Part shown: positions 37,700 to 48,059 of the stretch, piece after piece
Position numbering within the stretch: the stretch's first letter is position 1
Layout of the letters: each line of letters opens with the position of its first letter
Assembly (NCBI GenBank): GCA_963675785.1
Contig: OY776562.1
Coordinates: 672,001 to 736,000 of the forward strand
Direction of reading: 5' to 3'
DNA length: 64,000 nt
Source of the DNA: Anaerolineae bacterium
GTDB lineage: Bacteria; Chloroflexota; Anaerolineae; UBA1429
Made by a program: the position numbers and the translations under genes
The notes under the pieces: generated by a model
What the model was told of the DNA's origin: nothing
Database searches by the model: none
What the model saw: the letters and a program-made list of their open reading frames with translations, nothing else

Positions 37700-40600
37700 A
37701 TGCCCAAAAGCCGCGGCATTCGTGTATTCGCTCGTTGTCTACTTGCTATCATCCTTTTCTCGCTGAGCGGTATGTCCGTTATGGCGGCTGGTGAAGAAAC
37801 TCCTGTTCCCTTGGTAGGATTATCAGGTAGTAACAGCGCTCTCATTGGTGAGAGCACGACTTTTTATGCCACCTTTGATAATACTTCTTCCGATTTGAAC
37901 GCTGTAGGCTATGGCCCCTTTATCGACATCGTTCTACCGACCAACGGTGCTGATGGCGTGGCGGGCACCGATATCGCCGACGGCCTTTCGTTCGTTAGTG
38001 CGACCTATGAGACGACTACTCTTGACCCCATCGTCATCGTGTTCGATGAGCTCGGGCAGGCTGAACACCCCCTGACCGGCGAGATCATTTCGGGCACACC
38101 CGGCGATGAGCTTGTGGTCTTTGAACTTCCTTTTGGCAGCTTTGTACCCGATCAGCCTTCTGTGCGCATTGCCATCCGTGCTTTGCTAAGTGAGTTTGCC
38201 GATCTGGATACTACACTTTATGTGACTTCTCGCGCCGGTTTCTACCTCGGCGCTGATCCTTTGAACAACCCCTCGACGGATGCACCCATCATCTCCGCCT
38301 GGTCTGATCCTGGCTTTGCCATGAGTCCCACCATTATGACCATCCATAAGGACTATATCGGGCCAGAGGACGAAACGGCTACTGGCCCCAACTGGGTGCG
38401 CCAGTATGAGATCAGGGTGAACATCGCCGATGGACAGCCGGTCTCGAATATCGAGTTATCTGATATTCTTCCGCCCGAGCTGGCCTATGTCTCGCTGGAT
38501 ACTGTGTCGCCTGCGGATTACACCCTTACGGCTGAACCGCCTTTGGCAGTTCCCTCCGAAAGCCCTACTAGCACCCTTAGCCTGACCTGGGAGGTCATCA
38601 CCGGCACGGGTTCATCTGCTGATATCACCGCTCGATTCTCTTTCTTTGTGCCCGAATATGACGCCTATGGCGACCCCATTCTGGATCCCCTGACTGGCGG
38701 CTGCACGACTATTTCCAATCAGGCGACGGCGAGCGGCACCTGGACGCCCATCGATGAGCGCGATGAAGAGGTTGTCCTCTCACAGCAATCGGCAGAGCAT
38801 GAAGCCGATTTCGAGGCCTGTGCTTTGGTCATCCAGAAAGATGTCTCCATCGTCAACGACCTTTTCACCAGCGGGGCTACCCCGGGAGACACACTCGGCT
38901 ATACCCTGCACATTCAGGCCTCGGATTATTACACCGTGGGCGGCGATGTCTCCTTTGTGGTCACCGATACCCTTTCTGACGGTCAGCTGTTTGCGTTTGA
39001 CAGCCTGAGTGGCGCTGATGCCAGTTATTCCATTGGGGATCGTGACGGCACAGCCACCGGCGTATTCACGGACGGCATCAATCTTGACGTGGATACCTCG
39101 CTGAACCCGCTTTATGGCACCAGCGGTGTCTGCGGAGGCGGCGAGACCATCCTTACCTTTGACCTGGGCACAGCTCTGGCCGCCAGTCTGACCCAGCCCG
39201 ATGCCCTTCTCACCGGTGGTTCTATTGGGCAGAGTGGCGATCCTTCTCAGGATCCGGCGTATCCCGCGCCTTGTGCACCAGCACAGGGTACTATTACCTA
39301 TCGCACAGTGATTCAAGAACAGTATGGTTGCACTGTGCCCTCTGGTGATCAGAGCATCGACCAGAACGACTATCTCGATAACGATGTCGATATCGTCGGC
39401 GGCGTTTACACAGGCGACCCCCTCACACTTACCGGCACCACTGGCGATGATAGCGCTGAACGTGTGGATTTAGTCGATGGCTCTATCTCCAAAGTAGTTT
39501 ATGCACGTAACGGCGTCATTGGCGATACGGGTCCCTTTGAGGCTGGTGATACCATTACCTATCGTATTCGATACAACCTGCCTACTGCCGATGTGGAAGA
39601 CCTCTCGCTCATCGACTTTTTGCCGTTACCCACGCTGCAGGTCAATGATTGGGATGCGGATAACACCACGGGCGATGCCGCGACCTGGATGTTTGATGAG
39701 GTGGTGGCTATTGATTCTGTGCCTGTCTCGGGCCACGCTTCCTACGGCCCAGCAGACACCTTCCACGAGATGTCGGGCGGCAACCCTTCGCCCGCGCCCG
39801 CCCCCGTGCTAACGGCAGATGCCTCGGGCAATAGCCTGACTTTTTACTATGGTAACCACGATATTGATAACGGTATTTCGGCTACCATCGACCTCTTGTT
39901 CACCGTTACCGTGCAGGACGATCCCTTTGCAGATGGCATGTACCTGACCAACCAACTGCAGGCAATAGAGCAAAACTCTTTCCTCGACGTGGTTACAACG
40001 ACCGACATCGTACAGATACAGTTGACTGGCCCCGAGCTCAATATTTACAAGGGCATCGTTTGGGCCAGCAATGGCGAACTCTCGCCTGCGACAGCCGCAC
40101 CTGTGGCTATGGATGTCGAAGCCTGCCCTGCCTTTAGCGAGGCCATTACTTCCGCGGGTTTGGAAACCAACCCCATTGATAGTGACCTTTCGGGCGTAGA
40201 TGGTGGCGATACCATTCGCTTTGCCATCGTGTTAGAGAATACCGGCACCGGTCCTTCTGGTGCTTTTGATGTCCAGCTCAGCGATGCCCTGCCGACTGGC
40301 ATCACGTCTGCTGATGTGCAAAACATCTGTGTCACCGATGGCGCAGGCACACCGCTTGCATATACCGAACTCGGTAGTGGCCTCTTTGATCTTGCTGGCG
40401 GTATCGAATTGACGGATGGCGCCGAGACTGGCGCTATCGGACCCTATTCCGAAGACGCCGGCACCAACATCGTCGTCGTTACCTATGATGTGGTCGTGCC
40501 AGCCTCTGCTGCTGTGGATTCTCTCTATGAGAACACTGCTTCCCTTGCGAACTATACCAACGTCGAGGGCGGCGAGGACTATATTGACAAATATGGCGTG

Positions 40601-43600
40601 GTGGAGGAGACGGCTTCTTGGGAGACGACCGATCCAACCGTCTCCAAGTCGTTGCTTTCTACCTCTGAGAGTCAGACATCCGGGAATAATGCGGTCATTG
40701 GCGAATTGGTGACTTATCAGGTGCAGATCGATCTGCCTGAAGGTACCACGCCCGATGCTGTGCTGGTGGACACCCTCGAAGCCGGCTTGGCTTTTGTCGA
40801 TGTGATCACGGTTACAGCGCCCGTGTCGATCACGACCGATTATGCCGGTAGTTGGGATGGCGTGGTCGCTGGTTCCTCTTTGGATAACGTGGGTACGGGA
40901 GATGCCAACGTCGACCGTCAACTCACTCTTTCTCTAGGTTCGCTGGTGAACAGCGACACCGACGACGAGACGACGGAATCTGTTACGGTGGAATATCGCG
41001 CCGTGGTGCTCAACACTCTGGCTAATGTTCGCGGTGTCTCTCGTGAGAACAGCGCCGTGCTTCAGTGGACCACCGGTTCCGATACGGCCGGCGCAGTCTC
41101 TGTAGTGGTGGTCGAGCCGCAATTCACGATTTCCAAGGATATGACGCCATCGACCGCTGATGCAGGCGATCAAGTGGTGATAACGCTTACTATCGCCAAT
41201 CCCTCGGCCTCCAGCCAGGTCGATGCTTATGATGTCTCTCTGGAGGATATGCTGTCGACCGGCCTGACTTTTGTAGGCTTTGGTGCGCAGACTGGCCTGA
41301 CGCCAGATAGTTTGACCGAAACAGACGGCCAAATCGATGCGACTTGGTCGGTGTTCCCTCTGAATCAAACGGCTACCGTCGTGTTTACCGCGACGATGGA
41401 TGCCGATGTCTCTGCCGGCCAAATCATCCAAAACGGTGCGACAGTTGAATGGGCTAGCAAAGCCGATGCTTCGACCGCTGGCGCGAATCCTCTTGGCGTG
41501 CGCCGTACTGGCGATACCAGCGATGCGGGTGCTTTGGCGAACGACTATCTTACCACTGCAGCGGACACCACCAGCGTTCCAGTAGCGATCGCCAAAACGC
41601 TCATCAGCACCTCTGAGAGCGAGACCACCGGCACCTATGTGGCTGTGGGCGAAATCGCGCGCTATCGCTTGGTAGCCACCATCCCCGAAGGCGAAACGGC
41701 TAGCCTAGTCATTCAAGATCGTATTCCCACGGGTCTTGGCTACCTGGATGACGGCACGGCTACGGCCGCCATCATTTCGGATGATGCTATGACCAGCACC
41801 CTGGCCGGCTCATTGGAATTGACCAGCATCTATACCACGGGTAGCAGTGTAGTGACGCCGGTGGTCGTATTGCCCGACACCATGGCTTCAAGCTCGCTTT
41901 CCGACACCGCTGCTGATACCTATAGTTCGGGCAGCGATGTCTATTTCCACTTTGGTACAGTAACCAACGACGATCGTGATGAAAACGCCGAATACATCGT
42001 CATCGAGTTCAACGCCCAGGTGCTCAACACCAGCACCGCTCAAGAGGGTGTTTCTCTTTCCAATAATGCCCGAATATACACTGGCAGCACCGTTGTGGCT
42101 ACGTCAGGCAGTGTGGCCGTGCGTGTGGCCGAACCCGTATTGACTGTCAACAAACAAATCATCACTGCTGCACCCTATGATGCGGCCGATGAGCTGGTTT
42201 ACGAGGTTGTGGTGACCAACAGTTCGACAGCGGGCAACGGCCGCATCGCCCATGAAGTTGTCATCAGCGATACCATCGATGCAGATACCACGTTGGTTTC
42301 GGCGGTGATGAGCAATGGCAATCCCGTTTCGGATATGGGCGCCTATGTACAGAGCAGCGTGGATTCGCTCGCTCCGGGTGAGAGCGTGACACTCACGGTG
42401 ACCGTTGACATCAGTGATGCCGTGGCGCCAGCAACTGCCGTTGCCGATACAGCCACTGCCAGTTGGACCAGCCTGCCTGCTTCTGGAACCACCTCTAACC
42501 CTACAGGCTCGGTTGTACTCGGAAGTCAGGGCGCGGCGAATGGCGAGCGCGATGGTTCGGGCGGTGTGAATGACCATATCACCAATGATAGTGTGTCGGT
42601 TTCAGTGGACAATGTGGCCCCCACCAAAGTGCTGCTTGGCACTTCGGAAGACGATACCAGCGGCACCAATGTCGCCATCGGCGAATTAGCTACGTTTGAG
42701 ATCGAGGTGGTGATTCCCGAGGGAGCAACTTCGGTGATGACCATCACCGACGCCATTCCCAATGGCCTGTGGGTTGATCTCTCAACGGTACAGCTCAATT
42801 TCGGCACCTCGGTTACGGCTGTGAGCAGCGATGTTTCCGGTGGTGGCAGTAGTGGTGCCGATCTGGTAGTAGCTTTGACGGATTTGGTGGTTGAGGCCAA
42901 CAATGTGGCCGATGACAACTTGCTGACCATCACCTACACGGCCCATGTGGTGGATGAATCCGGCATTTCTGGCATTACCGTGCCTACGCAAACCGTGCTT
43001 AGCAATGGTGTCAGCGTACAAGTGGGTTCTTCGCCTGTGGTGAACGCTACACCCGTCAGCTTGCGTGTGGTTGAACCGCGCCTTCAGATCGTCAAAGAAA
43101 TGTCACCCGATCCCATTGCCCTCGATGATACCTTGGTCATGACGGTGACGGTTCGTAATACCGGTCTGGCTTCAGCGTATGATCTTGCGGTGAGTGATCA
43201 GGTGCCGGGCACCTATGTCGAGAATCTGACCCTGACCAATGTTTCGGCAGGCGCCTCACCTTCCACTTCTGTGGTAGGCGATGATCTGCTGGTGACTTTG
43301 ACCCAGGATACCCTCGTGGCCGGAGCAGAAATGAGCTTTGTCGTTACCGGCACGGTCAAGGCTGGTGTGCCCTATCAAACGGTGATAACCAACTCGGCCA
43401 CCGTAACCCAAGCGACGACATTGCCTGGTGACGATCCGCTGGAACGCACTGAACCCGAGGTTAGTGATGCTGAGAACGTAACCGTCGGTCGCCCCGATAT
43501 CGTGGTGACCAAGACGGATAACGTCACCATTGCGGCACCTGGCGATACCTTGAACTATGTGATCACCGTGCGTAACGCAGGTAATGTTCGCGCCACTGGC

Positions 43601-46600
43601 ATTGTGGTTACTGATACTCTGCCAGCATTGGCGTCTTATGTGGTCGATTCGGCCAGCGATAGCGGCACCTATGATGTAGATGCTCGCCAGCTCAATTGGG
43701 CCGTTGCTCTATTGGCCCCCGGTGGGTCGGTCAACTTGACCTACTCTGCGTTGATGGATGCTTATGTCTCCGAGTTTGCCGAGAGTATTACCAATACGGT
43801 CTCGGCGGCAGACGATGGCGTTCGCGGCGAAGATCCTAATCCTGATGATAACCATGACACCGACATAGACACTATCAATGCTACGGCTGTGGCTGAGGTC
43901 ACCAAAGAGGCCCTCACCGAGAGCCCCGTGGCGCCAGGCGACCCCGTGAGCTACTCGGTTGAGGTGACCAATACCGGCGACCGCGAAGCCGAGATGGTGT
44001 TGGTTGATGCTTTGGATGATGTCGATCTCTCACTGGTGGTGGGCACCGTTGCGACCACCCAGGGAACGGTGGTGCTGGGCAACACGCCTGGCGATACAAC
44101 GGTTCGCGTTGAACTGGGCACGGTAGCGCCTACTGATATCATTACGGTGACCTTTGGCGGCCTTACAGCCGATCCAATCACCAAGGCTGTGGCTCAGGTC
44201 GAGAACCAAAGCACAGTTTCGGGTAATAGTATCACCACGGTTGATTCGGACGATCCCACCACGCCTGCGGCAGATGATCCTACCATAGTGCCGGTGAACG
44301 CTTTGGCCCAGGTGGAAAGCACCAAGGCCGACCTGCTCTTGCTCGACGGCAACTCGGACGGCATCGTCAATCCGGGCGATACGCTACGCTACACGGTCAT
44401 CATCAGCAGTACCGGCAACATGCCGGCGAACGGCGTGATCTTCAGCGACACGCCTGATAGCAACACAGCCCTTGTGGTTGGCAGCGTTACCACGACGCAG
44501 GGTTCGGTGACTATGGGCAACAATGCAGGGAATAGCACAGTTTCTGTTGCGCTGGGGCAACTGCCTGCTGGTTCTACCGCCACCATCACCTTTGATGTGA
44601 TCGTCGATAATCCGCTTCCTGCGGACATCGAGTCCGTGGCCAATCAGGGCCTCGTCTCGGGGGACAACATCACCCCGGTTTCTACCGATGATCCCGACAC
44701 GCCTGATGAGGGCGACGAGACCGTGACGCCTGTGGTAACTACCCATACATTGGTTAGCACCAAGACTGTAGCTCTGTTGACCGACTCGGACAGCGACGCT
44801 CAGGTCTCGCCGGGCGACGTGCTCGAATACACCGTGGTAGTCACCAATACAGGCGATATTGCCGTGACCTCATTGGTCATCAGTGATGTGCTTGATAGCA
44901 ACCTGGCGTTGGTGGTGGGCAGTGTTGCCACGACGCAGGGCACGGTGACCAATGGGAACACCTTGGGGGATACCGATATCGAGGTGACTTTGGGGGAACT
45001 AGCCGGCGGCAATGCTTTTGCTACGGTCACCTTTGCGGCAACGATCGTGAATCCGCTGCCTGAGGGAGTGGACACGGTGACCAACCAGGCTTTGGTGCAA
45101 TCCAACGAGGTCGCTGATGTGCTTACCGACGATCCGACTACGGATATGCCGGATGATCCCAATGTGACGCCTGTAACAGCCGCACCGGAAATCATGGTAA
45201 CAAAGGATGATGGTGTGAGTCTCGACGATACCCTTGTACCCGGTGATGTCTTTACTTATACGCTAACTGTTGAGAACGTGGGTAACCAAGATATTGCCCT
45301 AGTTCTGGACGATGATATAGAAGATACCAACCTGTCTTTGGTGGCTGGCACTGTAACGACTACTCGAGGCACGGTGCTGTTGGGCAACAGTTCAGATGAC
45401 GCAGTGCAGGTCGATTTGGGGACGATGTCGCCGAGCACTGGCATCATCACCGTTACTTTCCAGGTGCAGGTGAATGATCCTATCGTCGGTGGTGTGGATT
45501 CCGTGGCTAACCAGGCCTTGGTGTCTGGTGAGGGTGTTGAGGAATCCTCGAATGATCCCGAAACGCTCGCCGAGGACGACCCAACCGTGACCTATGTCGA
45601 TGCGGCGCCGGCAGTGGATATGCTCAAATCAGCGGCCTTGCTCAATGATGTCGATACTAACGGTGTGGTCTCGCCGGGCGATGTGCTGCGCTATACCCTC
45701 CTTACCGAGAACAGTGGTAACGCCAGCGCCATGAACCTTACGCTGGAGGACACACCGGATGCGAATTCGACGCTGATCACGGGTACCGTGACCGCCACAC
45801 AGGGAACCGTAACCACAGGGAACGGTGCTGGCGATGTGACAGTGGCCGTGAGCGTGCCCGAGTTAATGGGCAGCGAATCCTTTACGGTGACCTATGATGT
45901 GATGGTTAACTATGCCTTTACCGAGGCCATCACGCTAACCAACCAAGCTCTGATCGATTTCGATGAGACCACCGAGCCTATACCCAGCGATGATCCCGGA
46001 ACGCCCGAAGAGGATGATCCCACGTTGGTGCCGGTGGATATCACACCAGCGCTGATGCTTACCAAGACGGATAGCCTTCTTCTCGACGAGAACGAGGATG
46101 CCGCCTTGAACCCCGGCGAGACGCTGGTCTATACCATCGTCCTGACCAACAAAGGTTTTCAACCCGCCTCGGCGGTGGTTTTGACCGACACCATCGATTC
46201 GGGTGCTGTGCTGGTAACAGGTACGGTGACAAGCACGCTGGGTACTGTAGTTGAGGGCAATGGCGCCGAGGATACGGCTGTGCGCGTCGAGTTGGATACA
46301 CTAGAGGCCCAAGCCGTTGTGACGGTGAGCTTTCAGGTGACGCTACCCTTCGATTGGCCGTTGGATGTGACCGAAATCGCCAACCAAACAGTGCTAACTA
46401 GTGCTGAGACAGAGCCGCTTGTTAGCGATGACCCCGAAACCGACGAGGCCGATGATCCAACGGTAACGCCGATAGTGGCCCAGCCGGATGTGTTGGCTTT
46501 CAAAGTAGATGAACTGCTCGATGATGTCGCTCAGGATGGGGCGATCAGCGCGGGTGATGCCCTACGCTACACCATCACACTGAACAATGTGGGCACTGGG

Positions 46601-47257
46601 CCAGCGAGCAGCGTGGTTTTGAGTGATACATTGGATACCAATACCTCACTCATTGCGGGTTCGGTAACGACGACCCAGGGTATGATCAATATTGGCAATG
46701 GCCAGGCTGATACGGCAGTGCAAGTGACTATCGATGAGCTTTTGCCAGGAACAGTGGTTACCGTTACTTATGATGCGCGTATTGCCAGCGAACTTGCGCC
46801 GGGCACGGTGCTGAGCAACCAGGCCGTGATCTCGAGCCCTGATTTTCTCACAAAGTACAGCGATGATCCTGCGGCAGGTGGCGATGAAGATCCGACCGAG
46901 ACGCCGGTGGTGCCACCTACAGCAATCGACTTGCTCTCTTTTGGGATCACAGGGGTGCATGGTAGCCAGGTCGATCTGGCCTGGACGACGGCTACTGAAG
47001 TGGACAACCAGCGTTTTGAGATCTGGCGGGCCGATTCATCTTCGTTCTCCGAGGCCACACAGGTGGGCACGGTGATGGCTCAAGCCGCCGCAGCGAATGG
47101 TGCCAGCTATGCCTGGAGCGATACGGACGTGCCCGATGGTGCCTGGTGGTACTGGCTTGTTGATGTCGATTCTGAGGGTGCCAGCCAGGTACATTATGAT
47201 AGAGTCCGAGTGGCTGTTGTGGGACGCCAGTTTTACCTGCCCTTGTTGTTCAACTAG
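37700..47257 (+). CDS. 3185-aa secreted surface protein with isopeptide-forming fimbrial (D2-type) / DUF11 repeats
   Basis: Signal peptide; many K...GD/GExxTYxI...DxLP...NxA modules; very acidic, Thr/Val rich; C-terminal PTAIDLLSF...W.TATEVDN.RFEIWR domain; ends FYLPLLFN; no TM anchor or LPXTG. Confidence 0.92.
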   Translation: MPKSRGIRVFARCLLAIILFSLSGMSVMAAGEETPVPLVGLSGSNSALIGESTTFYATFDNTSSDLNAVGYGPFIDIVLPTNGADGVAGTDIADGLSFVSATYETTTLDPIVIVFDELGQAEHPLTGEIISGTPGDELVVFELPFGSFVPDQPSVRIAIRALLSEFADLDTTLYVTSRAGFYLGADPLNNPSTDAPIISAWSDPGFAMSPTIMTIHKDYIGPEDETATGPNWVRQYEIRVNIADGQPVSNIELSDILPPELAYVSLDTVSPADYTLTAEPPLAVPSESPTSTLSLTWEVITGTGSSADITARFSFFVPEYDAYGDPILDPLTGGCTTISNQATASGTWTPIDERDEEVVLSQQSAEHEADFEACALVIQKDVSIVNDLFTSGATPGDTLGYTLHIQASDYYTVGGDVSFVVTDTLSDGQLFAFDSLSGADASYSIGDRDGTATGVFTDGINLDVDTSLNPLYGTSGVCGGGETILTFDLGTALAASLTQPDALLTGGSIGQSGDPSQDPAYPAPCAPAQGTITYRTVIQEQYGCTVPSGDQSIDQNDYLDNDVDIVGGVYTGDPLTLTGTTGDDSAERVDLVDGSISKVVYARNGVIGDTGPFEAGDTITYRIRYNLPTADVEDLSLIDFLPLPTLQVNDWDADNTTGDAATWMFDEVVAIDSVPVSGHASYGPADTFHEMSGGNPSPAPAPVLTADASGNSLTFYYGNHDIDNGISATIDLLFTVTVQDDPFADGMYLTNQLQAIEQNSFLDVVTTTDIVQIQLTGPELNIYKGIVWASNGELSPATAAPVAMDVEACPAFSEAITSAGLETNPIDSDLSGVDGGDTIRFAIVLENTGTGPSGAFDVQLSDALPTGITSADVQNICVTDGAGTPLAYTELGSGLFDLAGGIELTDGAETGAIGPYSEDAGTNIVVVTYDVVVPASAAVDSLYENTASLANYTNVEGGEDYIDKYGVVEETASWETTDPTVSKSLLSTSESQTSGNNAVIGELVTYQVQIDLPEGTTPDAVLVDTLEAGLAFVDVITVTAPVSITTDYAGSWDGVVAGSSLDNVGTGDANVDRQLTLSLGSLVNSDTDDETTESVTVEYRAVVLNTLANVRGVSRENSAVLQWTTGSDTAGAVSVVVVEPQFTISKDMTPSTADAGDQVVITLTIANPSASSQVDAYDVSLEDMLSTGLTFVGFGAQTGLTPDSLTETDGQIDATWSVFPLNQTATVVFTATMDADVSAGQIIQNGATVEWASKADASTAGANPLGVRRTGDTSDAGALANDYLTTAADTTSVPVAIAKTLISTSESETTGTYVAVGEIARYRLVATIPEGETASLVIQDRIPTGLGYLDDGTATAAIISDDAMTSTLAGSLELTSIYTTGSSVVTPVVVLPDTMASSSLSDTAADTYSSGSDVYFHFGTVTNDDRDENAEYIVIEFNAQVLNTSTAQEGVSLSNNARIYTGSTVVATSGSVAVRVAEPVLTVNKQIITAAPYDAADELVYEVVVTNSSTAGNGRIAHEVVISDTIDADTTLVSAVMSNGNPVSDMGAYVQSSVDSLAPGESVTLTVTVDISDAVAPATAVADTATASWTSLPASGTTSNPTGSVVLGSQGAANGERDGSGGVNDHITNDSVSVSVDNVAPTKVLLGTSEDDTSGTNVAIGELATFEIEVVIPEGATSVMTITDAIPNGLWVDLSTVQLNFGTSVTAVSSDVSGGGSSGADLVVALTDLVVEANNVADDNLLTITYTAHVVDESGISGITVPTQTVLSNGVSVQVGSSPVVNATPVSLRVVEPRLQIVKEMSPDPIALDDTLVMTVTVRNTGLASAYDLAVSDQVPGTYVENLTLTNVSAGASPSTSVVGDDLLVTLTQDTLVAGAEMSFVVTGTVKAGVPYQTVITNSATVTQATTLPGDDPLERTEPEVSDAENVTVGRPDIVVTKTDNVTIAAPGDTLNYVITVRNAGNVRATGIVVTDTLPALASYVVDSASDSGTYDVDARQLNWAVALLAPGGSVNLTYSALMDAYVSEFAESITNTVSAADDGVRGEDPNPDDNHDTDIDTINATAVAEVTKEALTESPVAPGDPVSYSVEVTNTGDREAEMVLVDALDDVDLSLVVGTVATTQGTVVLGNTPGDTTVRVELGTVAPTDIITVTFGGLTADPITKAVAQVENQSTVSGNSITTVDSDDPTTPAADDPTIVPVNALAQVESTKADLLLLDGNSDGIVNPGDTLRYTVIISSTGNMPANGVIFSDTPDSNTALVVGSVTTTQGSVTMGNNAGNSTVSVALGQLPAGSTATITFDVIVDNPLPADIESVANQGLVSGDNITPVSTDDPDTPDEGDETVTPVVTTHTLVSTKTVALLTDSDSDAQVSPGDVLEYTVVVTNTGDIAVTSLVISDVLDSNLALVVGSVATTQGTVTNGNTLGDTDIEVTLGELAGGNAFATVTFAATIVNPLPEGVDTVTNQALVQSNEVADVLTDDPTTDMPDDPNVTPVTAAPEIMVTKDDGVSLDDTLVPGDVFTYTLTVENVGNQDIALVLDDDIEDTNLSLVAGTVTTTRGTVLLGNSSDDAVQVDLGTMSPSTGIITVTFQVQVNDPIVGGVDSVANQALVSGEGVEESSNDPETLAEDDPTVTYVDAAPAVDMLKSAALLNDVDTNGVVSPGDVLRYTLLTENSGNASAMNLTLEDTPDANSTLITGTVTATQGTVTTGNGAGDVTVAVSVPELMGSESFTVTYDVMVNYAFTEAITLTNQALIDFDETTEPIPSDDPGTPEEDDPTLVPVDITPALMLTKTDSLLLDENEDAALNPGETLVYTIVLTNKGFQPASAVVLTDTIDSGAVLVTGTVTSTLGTVVEGNGAEDTAVRVELDTLEAQAVVTVSFQVTLPFDWPLDVTEIANQTVLTSAETEPLVSDDPETDEADDPTVTPIVAQPDVLAFKVDELLDDVAQDGAISAGDALRYTITLNNVGTGPASSVVLSDTLDTNTSLIAGSVTTTQGMINIGNGQADTAVQVTIDELLPGTVVTVTYDARIASELAPGTVLSNQAVISSPDFLTKYSDDPAAGGDEDPTETPVVPPTAIDLLSFGITGVHGSQVDLAWTTATEVDNQRFEIWRADSSSFSEATQVGTVMAQAAAANGASYAWSDTDVPDGAWWYWLVDVDSEGASQVHYDRVRVAVVGRQFYLPLLFN
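43880..46912 (+). repeat. Seven tandem ~140-aa intragenic repeats
   Basis: Each unit has K..(DxxxDG-like)..PGD.L.YT, LV.G(S/T)V.TTQG.V..GN, NQ, (S/T)DDP...DP; counted seven in the translation; boundaries approximate. Confidence 0.85.
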
Positions 47258-47287
47258 TACGCAGCTCATCATAGAAGGAAGCAAACC

Positions 47288-47914
47288 ATGAAGCGTATGA
47301 TTCTGATACTGTCGATACTAGTAGGGATGCTCATTGCGGCACAGCCGGTAGCAGCTGGCTTTACGCCGACGCCCGTTGCTCCCACTGTGGCGCCAACGGT
47401 TACACCAATCCCCACTGGCGTCGTTTCCGATTCTTCCGAGAATTGCGCGGCGCAACTGGTGGTTGAGTTGCTTGGCGATGTTCCTGAGGGTCTGGTGGTT
47501 TCGGGCTGGCTGGGTAGCGACAGCAGCAATCAGTCCGAACCGACTGGCTCTATGGCTTTTGAGAGGCCCTGGTTGGGGCAGATTTTGGGTATCCCCATCT
47601 CACCCAAAACAACCTACCAAGTTTGGGGTTGGACAGAACAGGGTGGGTGGATATACTTTTTCGAGGTGACTGCTGGTGGTTGTGTGGATGTGTTGGGGCA
47701 GCACGCGTTCTACACTGCTACGTCAACGGCCACGCCCGTTCTTGCGCCAACGCCAGCCGAATTGCCCGAGACAGGTGGTATGGCACCATCTATCCCCTGG
47801 GGGCAAATTGCTTTGGCTGTGACGGGTGTAGGTGTGCTCTGGCAGGGTATTGCTTCTGGTACGCTCCTACCCAACCGGCGCTCCAAGCGCTCAGAACGTT
47901 ATCGCGATCAATAA
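47288..47914 (+). CDS. Small secreted protein with LPXTG sortase sorting signal
   Basis: Signal peptide, PT-rich ends, LPETG (47762-47776), then a hydrophobic segment and RRSKR tail. Confidence 0.8.
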   Translation: MKRMILILSILVGMLIAAQPVAAGFTPTPVAPTVAPTVTPIPTGVVSDSSENCAAQLVVELLGDVPEGLVVSGWLGSDSSNQSEPTGSMAFERPWLGQILGIPISPKTTYQVWGWTEQGGWIYFFEVTAGGCVDVLGQHAFYTATSTATPVLAPTPAELPETGGMAPSIPWGQIALAVTGVGVLWQGIASGTLLPNRRSKRSERYRDQ

Positions 47915-48009
47915 CGCGGGATTGCAGAGAGGCTCTCTGTGCTCTCTGTTTCTAGTGTATGGCCAGGGGGGACAGCAATTCTCGCGGATTGCCATGGCCT
48001 GCACAATTG

Positions 48010-48043
48010 GGCGAGCCGTCGGATTGTCTGACGGCTCGCCTTT
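48010..48043 (+). terminator. Strong hairpin, terminator-like, just before the C25 RBS
   Basis: GGCGAGCCGTCGGA-TTG-TCTGACGGCTCGCC followed by TTT. Confidence 0.6.
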
Positions 48044-48059
48044 GCTATAGGGAGATACG

